In this document: positions 39,875-50,584 of the stretch, in pieces
Numbering within the stretch: position 1 is the stretch's first letter
Layout: each line of letters opens with the position of its first letter
Origin: an uncultured archaeon
GTDB taxonomy: Archaea; Thermoproteota; Nitrososphaeria; Nitrososphaerales; Gagatemarchaeaceae
Length of the DNA: 64,000 nucleotides
Assembly: GCA_963799775.1 (NCBI GenBank)
Contig: CAWCYD010000003.1
Location: 1,120,001 to 1,184,000, forward strand
Direction: 5' to 3'
The notes under the pieces: generated by a model
Told to the model about the DNA's origin: nothing
The model's input: the letters and a program-made list of their open reading frames with translations, nothing else
Database searches by the model: none
Program-made: the position numbers and the translations under genes

Positions 39875-40483
39875 ATGTCTTTCGACGCTTACATCCCCGG
39901 TGCGACGGCGGTCGGGATCACGTACAAGGACGGGGTCGTGCTGGGAGCGGAGAGGAGGATAACGCTAGGAAACTACGTCATCAGCAAACGAGGGAAGAAG
40001 ACGTTCAAGGTGACGGAGAACACCGGAGCGGTCTGCGCGGGAATGGTCGCCGACATGCAGAACCTGGTCAAGGAGGTCGGGGTGTATGCAAAGCTCAAGG
40101 AACTCGAGGCGAAGAGACAGCTGAGGCCTTCGGCCGTCGCCAAGCTGACCTCGGTGATAATGTTCGAGAGGAGGTTCTCCCCCCTGCTCACGCAGGTCAT
40201 ACTCGGAGGCGTCGATTCCAAGCCGAAGATTTGGGTCTTGGACCCTCTCGGGAGCTTGATCGCGGACGAGTACGCCTCGGTCGGGACGGGTGCCGAGATG
40301 GCGACGGGGGCCATCGAGGCGGGCTACAGCCCAGGGCTCTCCGAGAAAGACGCGAGAGAGCTCACGGTGACCTCGATAAAGGCGGCCATCGAGAGAGACG
40401 CGATGAGCGGGAACGGGATCGACCTAATCACCCTGGACAAGCAGGGCGTCCGCGAAGAGTCCCTACCGGCCAAGGCCGAATAA
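39875..40483 (+). CDS. psmB: Proteasome beta subunit paralog (lacks Thr1: PGATAVG)
   Basis: GMVAD, LDPLGS, ERDAMSG. Confidence 0.92.
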   Translation: MSFDAYIPGATAVGITYKDGVVLGAERRITLGNYVISKRGKKTFKVTENTGAVCAGMVADMQNLVKEVGVYAKLKELEAKRQLRPSAVAKLTSVIMFERRFSPLLTQVILGGVDSKPKIWVLDPLGSLIADEYASVGTGAEMATGAIEAGYSPGLSEKDARELTVTSIKAAIERDAMSGNGIDLITLDKQGVREESLPAKAE

Positions 40484-40496
40484 GCGATCGCAGGCA

Positions 40497-40643
40497 CTAC
40501 TCGGGGACGCTTTCCGAGTGGACCTTTCCGTCCTTGAGAGACACGAAAAGGAACCTGTTGTCCTCGAAGACTAGAGTAAGCTCGTTCTCCTTCTCAGTGA
40601 CCGTTAAGAGCCTCTTCTCAACTATACCATCGAACTTTGCCAT
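40497..40643 (-). CDS. 48-aa hypothetical protein
   Basis: Hand translation MAKFDGIVEKRLL...LVFEDNRFLFV...ESVPE. Confidence 0.65.
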   Translation of the reverse strand: MAKFDGIVEKRLLTVTEKENELTLVFEDNRFLFVSLKDGKVHSESVPE

Positions 40644-40703
40644 CTAGTTCTCAGCCTCTCTTGGCTCTGTTTATTTCTGTCTTCCGTCGGGCGCGGGGAC
40701 GAC

Positions 40704-40892
40704 TCACTCGGCGAACGACGATAGCCGCGCGTTGTTCTTCTGGGTCGCGTATTGCTCGATCGTCTTGCCCGTCGCCCCTTTGACAAGCGACCTGATCACC
40801 TCGTCCATGCTCCCGCTCCTGTTCTTGTCCCTGATGGCCTTCAACACCCTGTGGGTGTCATCGTGGACCTTCACCGTCTTCGAGACGACCAT
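40704..40892 (-). CDS. Small RHH / VapB-like DNA-binding protein
   Basis: KTVKVHDDTHRVL...SMDEVIRSL. Confidence 0.7.
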   Translation of the reverse strand: MVVSKTVKVHDDTHRVLKAIRDKNRSGSMDEVIRSLVKGATGKTIEQYATQKNNARLSSFAE

Positions 40893-40949
40893 CCTGTCCG
40901 ACGTCTAGGTCGCGCGGCGCTTGAAAAGCTTGCTAATGGTTTCGTGGGT

Positions 40950-41033
40950 GACTCAGTTTCGTCGCGAGTTCATCATCTGGCCCCGGAGCTAATCTGGGGC
41001 CTCTGACTGGGACGGCGTTTACCTCATCGTCGA
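40950..41033 (-). ncRNA. C/D-box methylation guide sRNA
   Basis: C ACGATGA, D' CAGA, hairpin, C' ATGATGA, D CTGA; both guides complementary to conserved 23S rRNA segments. Confidence 0.8.
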
Positions 41034-41182
41034 TCGATGAGGCGGGCCCCCGGCTTTTTAGTCTTACCCCGTGCGCGTCCTCTTCACGACCGCCACACTC
41101 TGCAAACGCTCGGAGCGGTGAAAAGACGGCCGCTGACAGCGGCGAACGTTAATATCCCCATCGCGCCCAATCCTTTGCGTCG

Positions 41183-41912
41183 ATGTCCTTTGACCCTACG
41201 ACGCTCCTGATCGGGGTTGCCGCTGGTGGGGCGGCGGGGCTCGGGATTTCTTACGCTTCGTTCTACCCTAGGAGCGGCAGGACCAAGAACGTCCGCGTGA
41301 CGCAGAGAGACGAGACCGGCCAGCTCCGCAAGAAGACGGTCAGTGTAGAGGAGCTTGAGAGGTCCAGGAGGGAGATGCGGACTCTGCTGCTGGAGAGGAA
41401 CCTTCTCTCGGCAGCCCTGACGAAGATCTACGAGGCGGAGAACGAGGGGAAGATAACCCGCGAGGAGCGGGAGATGATAGCAAAGCGCTACAGCACCCAG
41501 ATCAGGGCACTAGAGTCCAGGTTGAGCGACAGGGAGCTCTTGGTGGAGGTCGGCGAACTGGAAGGTCTGAGGGACGAGCTCGTGACGCTCTTCAGGGAGA
41601 AGATCCAGAACATAGAGACGAGGCTGGACCAGGCCAAGGAGAGGCTGCCTGTCGCTTCGCAGGCGAGCGCCCAACGGACGGAGCCCGCGGTCGTGACGAG
41701 CGCTCGCAAGTCGGCAGCGACCGTGGTCGCGACGACGTCTTCAGCTCAATCCTCGCAGGGCGAGGAGCCTAGAGAAGGTCGTAGAGCGCAAGTCGCCTAG
41801 GAGGGACGACACGGAAGGAGAGAGGAGGGTCAAGGCGATCCGTGACGAGGTGATGGAGGCGCTCGAGAGGTTGGAGCAGATCGACTCTAGGAAAGAAACC
41901 GAGTCAAGTTGA
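41183..41912 (+). CDS. Membrane-anchored coiled-coil protein (frameshift near 41768)
   Basis: N-terminal TM, heptad-rich middle, C-terminal IRDEVMEALERLEQID. Confidence 0.7.
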
Positions 41913-42610
41913 GCCGACAGCCATCAGACCACACCGAGAAGCTCGGGAAGGAACTGGCAGCCGGCATCCGTGACGGCGACACGGTCGGGCTGGGGAGCGG
42001 GTCAACGGTCGCGCGGCTGCTCCCGGCGATGGTCAAGGCGATGCGAGACAAAGGCGTGGAGGCGACGTGGGGCCCGACATCGCTCCAGATCCAGGCGGTC
42101 GCCCAGGAGCTGAAGGTCAGGGTGGGCCCGCTCACCACGCCCGACATCGTGAAGGTAGTGGACGGGGCGGACCAGGTGGACAAGAAGCTGAACCTCATCA
42201 AGGGAGGGGGCGGGGCGCTCCTCAAGGAGAAGGTCCTCCTCGGGAGCGCGAAGGACTCTGCGATCGTCGCGGACGAGAAGAAGTTCGTCGAGAAGCTCGG
42301 GATGGGAGACTATCGGGTCCCGATCGAGGTGAGCCAGTTCGCAAGGGAGACGGCGATGGCGAAGCTGAAGAGCAAGGGGAGCAAGGACGTGAAGATCCGC
42401 TTGGACGCGAGGGGATATCCCGCATACTCTGAGAACGGTAACATGCTCTTCGACGCTCTCTTCGCCCCGATAGACAATCCAAGACAGCTGGAGATCGAGC
42501 TCAAGTCGATCCCGGGGGTGCTTGAGGTCGGGATCTTCGTAATCAGGCCCATCACTGTCTATAAGATCAAGCCAGATGCCAGTTACGAAGCGTTGAAATC
42601 CGCTGTCTGA
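41909..42610 (+). CDS. rpiA: Ribose-5-phosphate isomerase A
   Basis: GLGSGST, DGADQVD, KGGGGALLKEK. Confidence 0.95.
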   Translation: MSRQPSDHTEKLGKELAAGIRDGDTVGLGSGSTVARLLPAMVKAMRDKGVEATWGPTSLQIQAVAQELKVRVGPLTTPDIVKVVDGADQVDKKLNLIKGGGGALLKEKVLLGSAKDSAIVADEKKFVEKLGMGDYRVPIEVSQFARETAMAKLKSKGSKDVKIRLDARGYPAYSENGNMLFDALFAPIDNPRQLEIELKSIPGVLEVGIFVIRPITVYKIKPDASYEALKSAV

Positions 42611-42653
42611 GAACAGCTTTATAACGTGGATTTCGGGCAAGCCTGATTCGAAC

Positions 42654-43082
42654 ATGGGACGAGATCTTGGTTACAAGTCCAAGCCGATCGATCAGGCTTT
42701 CCTCTCCAAGCCTGACGAGTATCCGATTACCGGAGAACACAACGGTCACAAAGTGAGGGCTGCAGGGGTTCAGAGGATGGATGGGGAGGGAAAGCCTCTC
42801 CCAACGGCCCACGGGATACACGGGACCAACACTGCCGTGGACTGGGACGCTTGTATTGCCGATGGCGTCTGCATGGACGTATGTCCTGTCTTCGTATACG
42901 AATGGGCACTAAACACCGGTCAGTCTGGCTCTGGGAAAGATATGGTCCTCGCCCCCAACTCGCCGGATTGGCAGGCCTGGAGGTCTGACAAGTCGGACCC
43001 GGTCAGGGAGAAAGACTGCATCTACTGCATGGCGTGTGAGACTTCCTGTCCTTCGCAATGTATCAAGATCACGCAGCCGTAG
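42654..43082 (+). CDS. zfx: Dicluster ferredoxin, zinc-containing (Zfx) type
   Basis: HNGH...GIHG extension, CIADGVCMDVCP, CIYCMACETSCP. Confidence 0.85.
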   Translation: MGRDLGYKSKPIDQAFLSKPDEYPITGEHNGHKVRAAGVQRMDGEGKPLPTAHGIHGTNTAVDWDACIADGVCMDVCPVFVYEWALNTGQSGSGKDMVLAPNSPDWQAWRSDKSDPVREKDCIYCMACETSCPSQCIKITQP

Positions 43083-43185
43083 AACTCTGGGTCGCCAGGA
43101 CAGCGCTAGGTCTTTCGGGACCGCAGGGCCTTCGTCGACCACGACAAAGTATTTAGCGGCAGAAGAGCGCCTCGTTCTCCGGACC

Positions 43186-43594
43186 TTGGACGAAGATCAA
43201 GAGCTGGCTCTCATCAACGCGCGGAAGCTAGCCGAGATGAAGAGGCGAGCCGAGATAGCTTCAGCCTCGTCCGCCCTCGCAAAGTCCCGACAGTCGAGCA
43301 GGCCGGCCAAGAGCAGCAAGGACGTCCTCGTCGAGGCGCTCTATGACAGGGGAGACGAGGCTCATCGAAGCAGCCTATCAGGCTTATCCCCGACAGACCG
43401 AGATAGTCGTTGACCAGCTCGCGAGGCTCCTGATCCAGAACGGGATGAGTGAGAGGATCTCGGGTGGAGAGCTCTACCAGCTCTTCCGCAACCTTGGGCT
43501 CAGGTTCGCCCTGAAGACGACGATCAAGGTGCAGGACAAGGGGAAGTTCGTCGACCTCAAGGACAAGCTGAAGATGGACATGGAAAAGGGCTGA
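43186..43594 (+). CDS. PDCD5-like DNA-binding protein (frameshift near 43360)
   Basis: DQELALINARKLAEM, AYPRQ, ELYQLFRNLG. Confidence 0.7.
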
Positions 43595-43601
43595 GAAGGC
43601 C

Positions 43602-44390
43602 TTGAGGCTCGTCGAGTTCCCTCAGCTTCCAGGAATCCAGGTCCGAAGCGTCTCCTCGGCCTCGCCCGTCAACCCCGTGCTCGTCTGCGGCCTCCCCGGA
43701 AGCGGCTACGTGGGCAAGCTCGCTGCTGATTACCTCATCAGTTCGTTCAAGGCGAAGAAGCTCGTAGAGTTCTACTCCAGCTCCTTCCCACCCCACGTCA
43801 ACATCGACGAGCGGGGGGTCGCGCTCCGACTAAGGGGCGAACTCCATCATGCCACGACGGGCCAGGCCACCGACCTCCTCGTCTTCACCGCAGATGCCCA
43901 GCCCGCGACCTCGGCGGGCGAGTACGAGCTCTCGGCCGTGGTGCTGGAGGAGGCGAAGAAGCTCAACGCGAGGGAGGTGTTCGCGCTCGCCGCCTACGTC
44001 ACCGGGGGCTTCGTCAAGGGCCGCCGGGTATTCGGAGTCGCGACCTCGAAGGAGCTGATCCCTCGCCTTTCCGACAAAGGCGTGCAGATAATGAAGGAGG
44101 GCGGGATAAGCGGAATGAACGGCGTCATCGTCGGGATGGCGAAGCTGCTCGGGCTGGATGGGATGTCGCTTCTGGGCGAGACGTCGGGCTTCCTGCTAGA
44201 CCCCGCGGCGTCCCATGCGGTGCTGGAAGCCCTCTCAAAGATACTCGGGATCAAGATAGACATGGCTTCGATCGAAGAGAGAGCGAAGGAGGCTCAGCAG
44301 ATACTCAGCCGCGTCCAGGGACTCACCGAACAGAACATCGAAGAGGCAAGGGGCCAGAAGGACGAGACGAGGCCCGGCTACATAGCCTGA
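43602..44390 (+). CDS. PAC2-family proteasome assembly chaperone
   Basis: GLPGSGYVGKL, LLGETSG, DPAAS, C-terminal GYIA. Confidence 0.9.
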   Translation: MRLVEFPQLPGIQVRSVSSASPVNPVLVCGLPGSGYVGKLAADYLISSFKAKKLVEFYSSSFPPHVNIDERGVALRLRGELHHATTGQATDLLVFTADAQPATSAGEYELSAVVLEEAKKLNAREVFALAAYVTGGFVKGRRVFGVATSKELIPRLSDKGVQIMKEGGISGMNGVIVGMAKLLGLDGMSLLGETSGFLLDPAASHAVLEALSKILGIKIDMASIEERAKEAQQILSRVQGLTEQNIEEARGQKDETRPGYIA

Positions 44391-44413
44391 GACTCGCGCT
44401 GCAAGGCTGGCGC

Positions 44414-45871
44414 TCAGCCCTTGATGTTGCCTATCGGACGAAGCGCCGCGACCTTGAGAGAGATGCCCGCCTGGTGCATGGTCTCTACGACCTCGGAGAT
44501 GTCCTTGTAGGCCATCCCTGCTTCCTCTGCCAGCCCGTCCATCGTGGCGGCCTTGACGTAGATCCCGCGCTTCTCCATGCTCCTTTGGAGCTCGACGCCG
44601 CTGACCTGCCTCTTCGCAGCGGTCCTAGACATGGTCCTTCCCGACCCGTGGGCGGTCGAGCCGAAGGTCTCCTCCATCGCCTTCTTCGTCCCCAGGAGGA
44701 GGTACGAGCCGGTCTCCATCGAGCCGCCGATGATCACGGGCTGTCCGAGCTCACGGTAAGCCTGAGGGATGTCGTGGTGCCCGGGCCCGAAGCTCCTTGT
44801 AGCCCCCTTCCTGTGGACGAGGAGCTCTTTGGAGCTGCCGTCGACCTCGTGCCTCTCGACCTTGGCGATGTTGTGGCAGACGTCGTACACTATCTGCATG
44901 TCCATGCTCTCGGGGTCCTTGTGGAAGACCTGCTTGAACGCCTCGCGGATCCTCTGGACTATCACCTGCCTGTTCGCAAACGCCATGTTGGCCGCGCACG
45001 CCATGGCCCCGTAGTAGTCAGCACCCTCTTTCGAAGAGAACGGGGCGCAGGCAAGCTCCCTGTCGCGGACCGTGATCCCGTACTTTTTCATGGCCGTGTC
45101 GAAGACCCTGAGGTAGTCGGTGCCCACCTGGTGCCCAAAGCCCCTGCTCCCGCAGTGCACCATGACGACGACCTGGTCCTCGTGCACCAGGCCGAAGTGC
45201 TTGGCCAGACCGACGTCGAGGAAACGAGCAGGGTCGACCACCTGCACCTCGCAGTAGTGGTTCCCAGACCCCAGGGTGCCGAGCTGGCTTATCCCCCGGC
45301 TGGACGCCTGCTGACTGACCTTCGAGGGGTCGGCACCCTTGATGTATCCTCCCTCCTCGACCTTCTGGACGTCGTCGTCCCATCCGTAGTCGTTCTCGGC
45401 GCACCACTTGACCCCCCACCTCATGACCTCCTCGAACTGCGGCTGGTTGAGCTTCACGAATCCCTTGACGCCCACACCGGTGGGGATGAGCCGGAAGAGG
45501 AGGTCCACGAGCTCCTTTATCCTCGGTTTCACTTCGGCCAGCCGGAGGTTGGTGCGGACGAGCCTCATGCCGCAATTTATGTCAAACCCGATTCCGCCGG
45601 GAGAGATTACTCCCTTCTCGGGGTCAAACGCAGCCACTCCCCCGATCGGGAAGCCGTATCCCCAGTGCGCGTCTGCCATCGCGTAGGAGTACTTCACTAT
45701 CCCCGGGAGGGATGCGACGTTCGTGACCTGCTCTATGACGCCGTTGTCCATCCCCTCGAGGAGGTGCTTCGTGGCGTAGATCCTGGCCGGGACGTTCATC
45801 CCTTCCTTGAAGGAGGTAGGGATTTCCCAGACCACGTCGGAGATTTGCTTGGCAATCTTTGCATCTGTCAA
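44414..45871 (-). CDS. rtcB: RNA-splicing ligase RtcB
   Basis: DAHWGYGFPIG, DINCG, GSGNHY, HRKGAT, HGSGR. Confidence 0.97.
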   Translation of the reverse strand: MTDAKIAKQISDVVWEIPTSFKEGMNVPARIYATKHLLEGMDNGVIEQVTNVASLPGIVKYSYAMADAHWGYGFPIGGVAAFDPEKGVISPGGIGFDINCGMRLVRTNLRLAEVKPRIKELVDLLFRLIPTGVGVKGFVKLNQPQFEEVMRWGVKWCAENDYGWDDDVQKVEEGGYIKGADPSKVSQQASSRGISQLGTLGSGNHYCEVQVVDPARFLDVGLAKHFGLVHEDQVVVMVHCGSRGFGHQVGTDYLRVFDTAMKKYGITVRDRELACAPFSSKEGADYYGAMACAANMAFANRQVIVQRIREAFKQVFHKDPESMDMQIVYDVCHNIAKVERHEVDGSSKELLVHRKGATRSFGPGHHDIPQAYRELGQPVIIGGSMETGSYLLLGTKKAMEETFGSTAHGSGRTMSRTAAKRQVSGVELQRSMEKRGIYVKAATMDGLAEEAGMAYKDISEVVETMHQAGISLKVAALRPIGNIKG

Positions 45872-45928
45872 ATTGGGAGAGCGACTTGTCGGCGGGCGCG
45901 GACTAGTGGACTTAAGCATTCTCCGATG

Positions 45929-46390
45929 TCAGATGTCCAGGACGACCGTCGCTTCCCACCAGCCCGGTCTCGCCTTGTCTCTCTTGACGCCGAACATGTG
46001 CATGGTGACAGCCTTCACGTCGTTCCTCAGGGCGTGCCTGGCGCGATCGATCTCCTCGCCACGGAGGACGCAGGTAAGCCTCTGTCCCTTCTTCTTGGGC
46101 GAGATGGAGACGTGGAAGTCTTTGAAGAGCAGCGAGTCGACGTCCTTGATCACAATCAGCTCTGTGAGGAAGTCGTAGAGGAGCCTCTCGATGTCGGGGG
46201 AAGCGAGCTCGATTCTCCTCTCGAGCCGCCCGACCACCGTCCTCCTGTCGACCATCACCTCTGTCAGAGCCCTGCCCGCCGTCTCGAAGAGGCGTGGGAG
46301 CGAGTCCGCTCTGGCGACGAAGGCGATGTCCGCGAGGGCGATGTTGGAGAGGAACCTGAAGCTGGAATGCCTCGCTGCTCTGCCGACCAA
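45929..46390 (-). CDS. Archease
   Basis: ADIAF, LLYDFLTEL, VKAVTMH, VVLDI; directly upstream of rtcB. Confidence 0.92.
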   Translation of the reverse strand: MVGRAARHSSFRFLSNIALADIAFVARADSLPRLFETAGRALTEVMVDRRTVVGRLERRIELASPDIERLLYDFLTELIVIKDVDSLLFKDFHVSISPKKKGQRLTCVLRGEEIDRARHALRNDVKAVTMHMFGVKRDKARPGWWEATVVLDI

Positions 46391-46491
46391 TGGGCCGCCG
46401 GCGACGCAGGGCCTTTAAGAAGGTGATTCGGTCGTTGCAATCCGCCGATGTGCCCTCTTCTCGCTTCTGGGACGCGAGGACTCTGAGCCCG

Positions 46492-47316
46492 ATGACTGGA
46501 ACCGACCCGAAGGAGACGATCGCTCTGGCTCTGCTCTCGCCGGGACCCGGAGAGGGGAGCCGTCATCCTAACATGAACATGGCGCTGGAGGAGGCCATCT
46601 TTCTGAGGAACGAGGGGCTCGTGGTCAGGGTCTGGGAGAACTCCGAGTCGGTGATAATCGGTCGTGCCCAACTGGCCGAGTTCGAGACGGACGTCGCGTA
46701 CTGTCGCAAGAACGGGATTCCCGTCGTCAGGCGTTTCACGGCGGGAGGGGCCGTCTACAACGGGCCCGGGAACGTCAATTGGTCTGTCTTCGTCGGGAGG
46801 GATGCGGCGGGAGGAGCGTTGAGGTACGACTCGAGCCCGTACGCCATCTTCAGGACCGCATCGGGCCCGATAATCTCGGCGCTCGCCGCACTGGGCGTTG
46901 ATGCGAGACTGAACCCGCCCAACAGCCTCGTGACGGACGAGGGGAAGATATCCGGGATGGCAGCCTATGTCTCGAGGAAGGGCTTCCTCTGCCACGGCAC
47001 TCTGCTGGTCGACGCCGACCTCGAGAGGGTCAAGGCGCTTACCACACCGGCCCGTGATGTCCTGCAAAGGAGGTATACCCGGAGCCGCGATGTCAAGACG
47101 GTCAACGCCGGAGTGGAAGTAGATTCGTTTATTCGCATGCTGGTAGGCACTCTGGGAGAGGAGACGAAGTTGCAGGTGAAAGATAGGCCCCTCCTGAGGA
47201 GCGAGGAAGAGTTGGCGAGGGACCTGGTCGAGAAGAAATACGCTAGGGAAGAGTGGAACCTCGGCGACCCCTTCGAGCCGAGCAGCGAGAGAGCGACCCC
47301 GTCACCTGTGAGTTAG
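46492..47316 (+). CDS. lplA: Lipoate-protein ligase A family (catalytic domain only)
   Basis: NMALEEA, RRFTGG-like RRFTAGGAVY, KISG, HGTLL. Confidence 0.85.
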   Translation: MTGTDPKETIALALLSPGPGEGSRHPNMNMALEEAIFLRNEGLVVRVWENSESVIIGRAQLAEFETDVAYCRKNGIPVVRRFTAGGAVYNGPGNVNWSVFVGRDAAGGALRYDSSPYAIFRTASGPIISALAALGVDARLNPPNSLVTDEGKISGMAAYVSRKGFLCHGTLLVDADLERVKALTTPARDVLQRRYTRSRDVKTVNAGVEVDSFIRMLVGTLGEETKLQVKDRPLLRSEEELARDLVEKKYAREEWNLGDPFEPSSERATPSPVS

Positions 47317-47328
47317 GGGAGTTTCGAG

Positions 47329-48547
47329 ATGGAAGACCAGGAAGTCACTCTTGCAGAGATAGAGCGGGCCGCCGCAGTGCTCAAGGGAGTGACCCGGGTG
47401 ACCCCGTTAGACCACTCAAGGACTCTCAGCGAGCTGACCGGAATCGACCTGTATCTGAAGCTAGAGAACTTCCAGAGGGCGGGGTCGTTCAAGATGAGGG
47501 GCGCGTACTACAAGATCCACTCTCTCACAGACTCTGAGAGGAAGCGAGGCGTCGTGGCGGCCTCGGCAGGTAACCACGCGCAAGGTGTCGCGAACGCCGC
47601 GACCTTGCTCGGCGTAAAGTCGACCATCGTCATGCCCGAAGGGGCCTCTCCCGCGAAGATAGATGCGACGAAGGGGTACGGCGCCCGAGTGGTGCTCCAC
47701 GGGGCGAACTTCGAGGACGCCCTCGAGATGGGCAGGCAGATAGCACGCAAGGAGGACGCCACGTTCATCCACGCCTTTGACGACCCGATGGTCGTGGCGG
47801 GACAGGGCACTGCCGGCCTCGAGATGATGCAGGCGGCGCCAGAGCTGGAGACGATCGCGGTGGCGATCGGTGGAGGAGGCCTCATCTCGGGCGTCGCTGT
47901 CGCGGCCAAGAGCATCAAGCCGTCGGTCAAGGTAGTCGGGGTCCAGTCGGAGGCCTTCCCCAGCATGTACATGGCGTTCAAGACTGGCAAGATGGTCCCT
48001 TACAGGCCCAGGAGACCATAGCGGACGGCATCGCCGTCAAGCAGCCCGGGAAGCTGACCTACAAGCTCATCAGGAAGTACGTCGACGACGTGGTCCTGGT
48101 CGGTGATAGCGACATCGCGAGCGCGATCTTCTTCATGCTCGAGAGGATGAAGCTAGTCGCAGAACCCGCGGGGGCAGCCACCGTCGCCGCGTGCATGAAC
48201 GGGCTCGTGAAGGCCAGGGGCGAGATGTGCGCGGCGGTAGTCTCAGGGGGAACATCGACATGTATCTGCTCGACCAGATAGTGACGAAGGTCCTTGAGAA
48301 GCAGCACAGGCTGCTGAGGGTGAGGATTCTCATATCTGACAAGCCCGGAGCGCTGAGGGACATTATCGAGGTGGTGGCCGAGTCGAAGGCCCATGTCATC
48401 AGCATCGAGCACGACAGGGTAGGCGAGGGCGTCCCGATCGGCAAGGCAGAGGTGATATTCAACCTGGAGACTCAGAACGCTCAGCACACCAAGACGTTCA
48501 TCTCTGCGCTGGGCAAGTCAAGGATCAAGTACCGCGTCGAGAGCTGA
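47329..48547 (+). CDS. ilvA: Threonine dehydratase with C-terminal ACT (frameshifts near 48010 and 48250)
   Basis: GSFKMRGA, ASAGNHAQG, GGGGL, SGGN, DKPGAL. Confidence 0.92.
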
Positions 48548-48561
48548 GGGACCGGTCTCCC

Positions 48562-49677
48562 TCAGTCCTTCCTGCCGTGGAGCGCCTTGATCTCCACGAG
48601 CGCCCCAGAGAGGGCCCTTATCGAGTCAAGATAGTCGGGGACCTCCACGAACTCCGACTCTGTGTGCCCTAGGTTGGAGTCCGCAGGCCCGTAGGTCACA
48701 CAGGGAGTCCCCATCCTTTCCGCGAGGGTGTTCATGTCGCCGGTGCCGGTCTTGTTCGTCAGGACCGGGCGCGTGTTGAGCGTCTTCAGTATCGAACGCT
48801 GGAACGACCTGACCACGACGGAGTCGAGGGGCGCGTCGTAGGGCTCCGTGAAGCCTTCGAACTCTATCCTCGCCACCACCCCCTCTCGCCCTCGGGCGAA
48901 ACCTTCCACCAACGAGGTCAGTTGCTCCTTGACGGTCGAGGAGTTCATCCCGGGAGGGATCCTGACGTCCAACGTCAAGGTGCAGCGCTTCGGGACGACG
49001 TTCGAGTAAGAACCCCCCCTGATCATTGTGAGGGAGGCGCTTAGGGACTTGTAGTGGTTGCCTTCCACTGTGTTCTTCTTCTCGTACTCCTTGATCAGGC
49101 TCAGGATGCCCAGCGACTCGTCGACGGCGCTGGGATGCGCCCACGAAGAGGAGGCGTGCCCGCCTTGAGTCCCGACCGTGATCCTTGCTGCCGTCCTTCC
49201 TCTGTAGCCAACGGTTACCCTTCCAGCGCCCGCCGGCTCGCCGAAGACCGCGTAGTCGTAGTCGCCCCCCGCGTCTATCAAAGTCTCCACTCCAAGGCTG
49301 TCTCCCTCCTCCCTCGTCACGCAGGCCATCGTGACCTTCATCGGCGTACCCTTGGGCAGGGAGCTGGCGGCCATCAGCATCGCGCACATCGGAGACTTGG
49401 CGTCCGCGGCGCCTCGGCCGTAGACGCGCTGTCCTTCCAACCGCACTTTGAGGAAGCCGGGGACCGTGTCCATGTGGCCGCAGAAAAGGACGTGAGGGCG
49501 GCCGCTCCCCATCTCGCCTATGGCGTTGCCCGCCTTGTCGGTCCTCACGTTCTTGAACCCCATCCGGCGCATCCTCTCACGGAGGAGTTTCGAGAGCTTC
49601 TCCTCCTTCATCGAGACGGAGTAGGTCCGGAGGGTGTCCAGGAGGAGGGCGACCGCTGGGTCGTCGCTGCCTTTCAC
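48562..49677 (-). CDS. lysK: [LysW]-lysine/ornithine hydrolase
   Basis: [22 protein letters not shown]; downstream of lysWX. Confidence 0.88.
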   Translation of the reverse strand: MKGSDDPAVALLLDTLRTYSVSMKEEKLSKLLRERMRRMGFKNVRTDKAGNAIGEMGSGRPHVLFCGHMDTVPGFLKVRLEGQRVYGRGAADAKSPMCAMLMAASSLPKGTPMKVTMACVTREEGDSLGVETLIDAGGDYDYAVFGEPAGAGRVTVGYRGRTAARITVGTQGGHASSSWAHPSAVDESLGILSLIKEYEKKNTVEGNHYKSLSASLTMIRGGSYSNVVPKRCTLTLDVRIPPGMNSSTVKEQLTSLVEGFARGREGVVARIEFEGFTEPYDAPLDSVVVRSFQRSILKTLNTRPVLTNKTGTGDMNTLAERMGTPCVTYGPADSNLGHTESEFVEVPDYLDSIRALSGALVEIKALHGRKD

Positions 49678-49726
49678 CGTCGATGTCCCTCCACTCGCAG
49701 GGAATTCTGGGATGAGCGCAAGAGTC

Positions 49727-50579
49727 TCACCGTTTGGCTAGCGAGGCGAGGTATTCCATGGCCAAGCCGGGGATGTCGATGCCGGTGGCCGGGACCGTGT
49801 TCTTGAACTCTGTCGTGTTGTTCACCTCGTGGCAGACCAACCCCGAGGGAGACTCCATCAGGTCCACTCCTACGAAGTGCCCCTCGACAGCCTTCGCCGC
49901 TTTGCGAGAGATGTCGTCTATCTCCTTTGTTATCTTGCACGGCTCGGCCTTCCCGCCTCTGGCCGTGTTGGTGCGCCAGTCCTCCGCCGAGGTGCGGTAG
50001 ATCGCGGCTATCGTCTTCCCGCCGAGGACGAAGTGCCTGATGTCTCGCGGGGGGCGCTTCACGTATTCCTGGACGTAATAGACGTGGTAGCTCGGGTGCA
50101 TGAACTCCCTGTCCTCGATGATCGCCTTTGCAAAGTCGGGGTGCCTTGAGCTTGGCAGCGAGCCTTCCCCAGCTCCCAACGACCGGTTTCAGGACCGCGG
50201 GGTAGCCCAGGTCCTCCAGCGCTTTGAGCGCGCCTTCTTCGGTGAACGCGACGATGGTCTTGGGCGTTGGGACGCCTGCCTTTGAGAGGGCGAGGCTCCC
50301 GAGGAGCTTGTCGCTGGAGGTTAGCGCCGTGTGGAACGAGTTGATCATCGTGTGACCGAGGTTCTCGAGCAGCGCGGTCGAGTAGATGTTCCTGTAGTGG
50401 CTCACGCACCTCTGGAGGACGAGCTGCTCTTTGATCGGGGACTTTCCGCTCTTGCCGATGGTCAGAGCCATGTCCCTGGAGTCGACCATCGAGAGCTTGA
50501 CGCCCCTCTTCTCGGCCGCCTGCGCGAGTGCTTTCTCTTCCCACCTTATGACATCGTATAGGAGAGCAAGTGAAGCCGT
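49727..50579 (-). CDS. lysX: Alpha-aminoadipate--LysW ligase (non-canonical start; frameshift near 50145)
   Basis: [33 protein letters not shown]. Confidence 0.9.
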
Positions 50580-50584
50580 GGCCT

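Noticed and set aside
41060-41150. Additional C/D sRNA or hairpin upstream of the called sRNA
   Set aside because: Only a GTGAAGA box and an 8-nt possible guide; no credible C or D box
41840-41890. ESCRT MIM1-like motif at the end of the coiled-coil protein
   Set aside because: Leu/Arg spacing does not match LxxRLxxL
44474-46426. Long antisense or alternate-frame ORFs (this 650-aa ORF, 34689-36029, 27648-28679 and others)
   Set aside because: Shadows of well-identified genes in high-GC DNA
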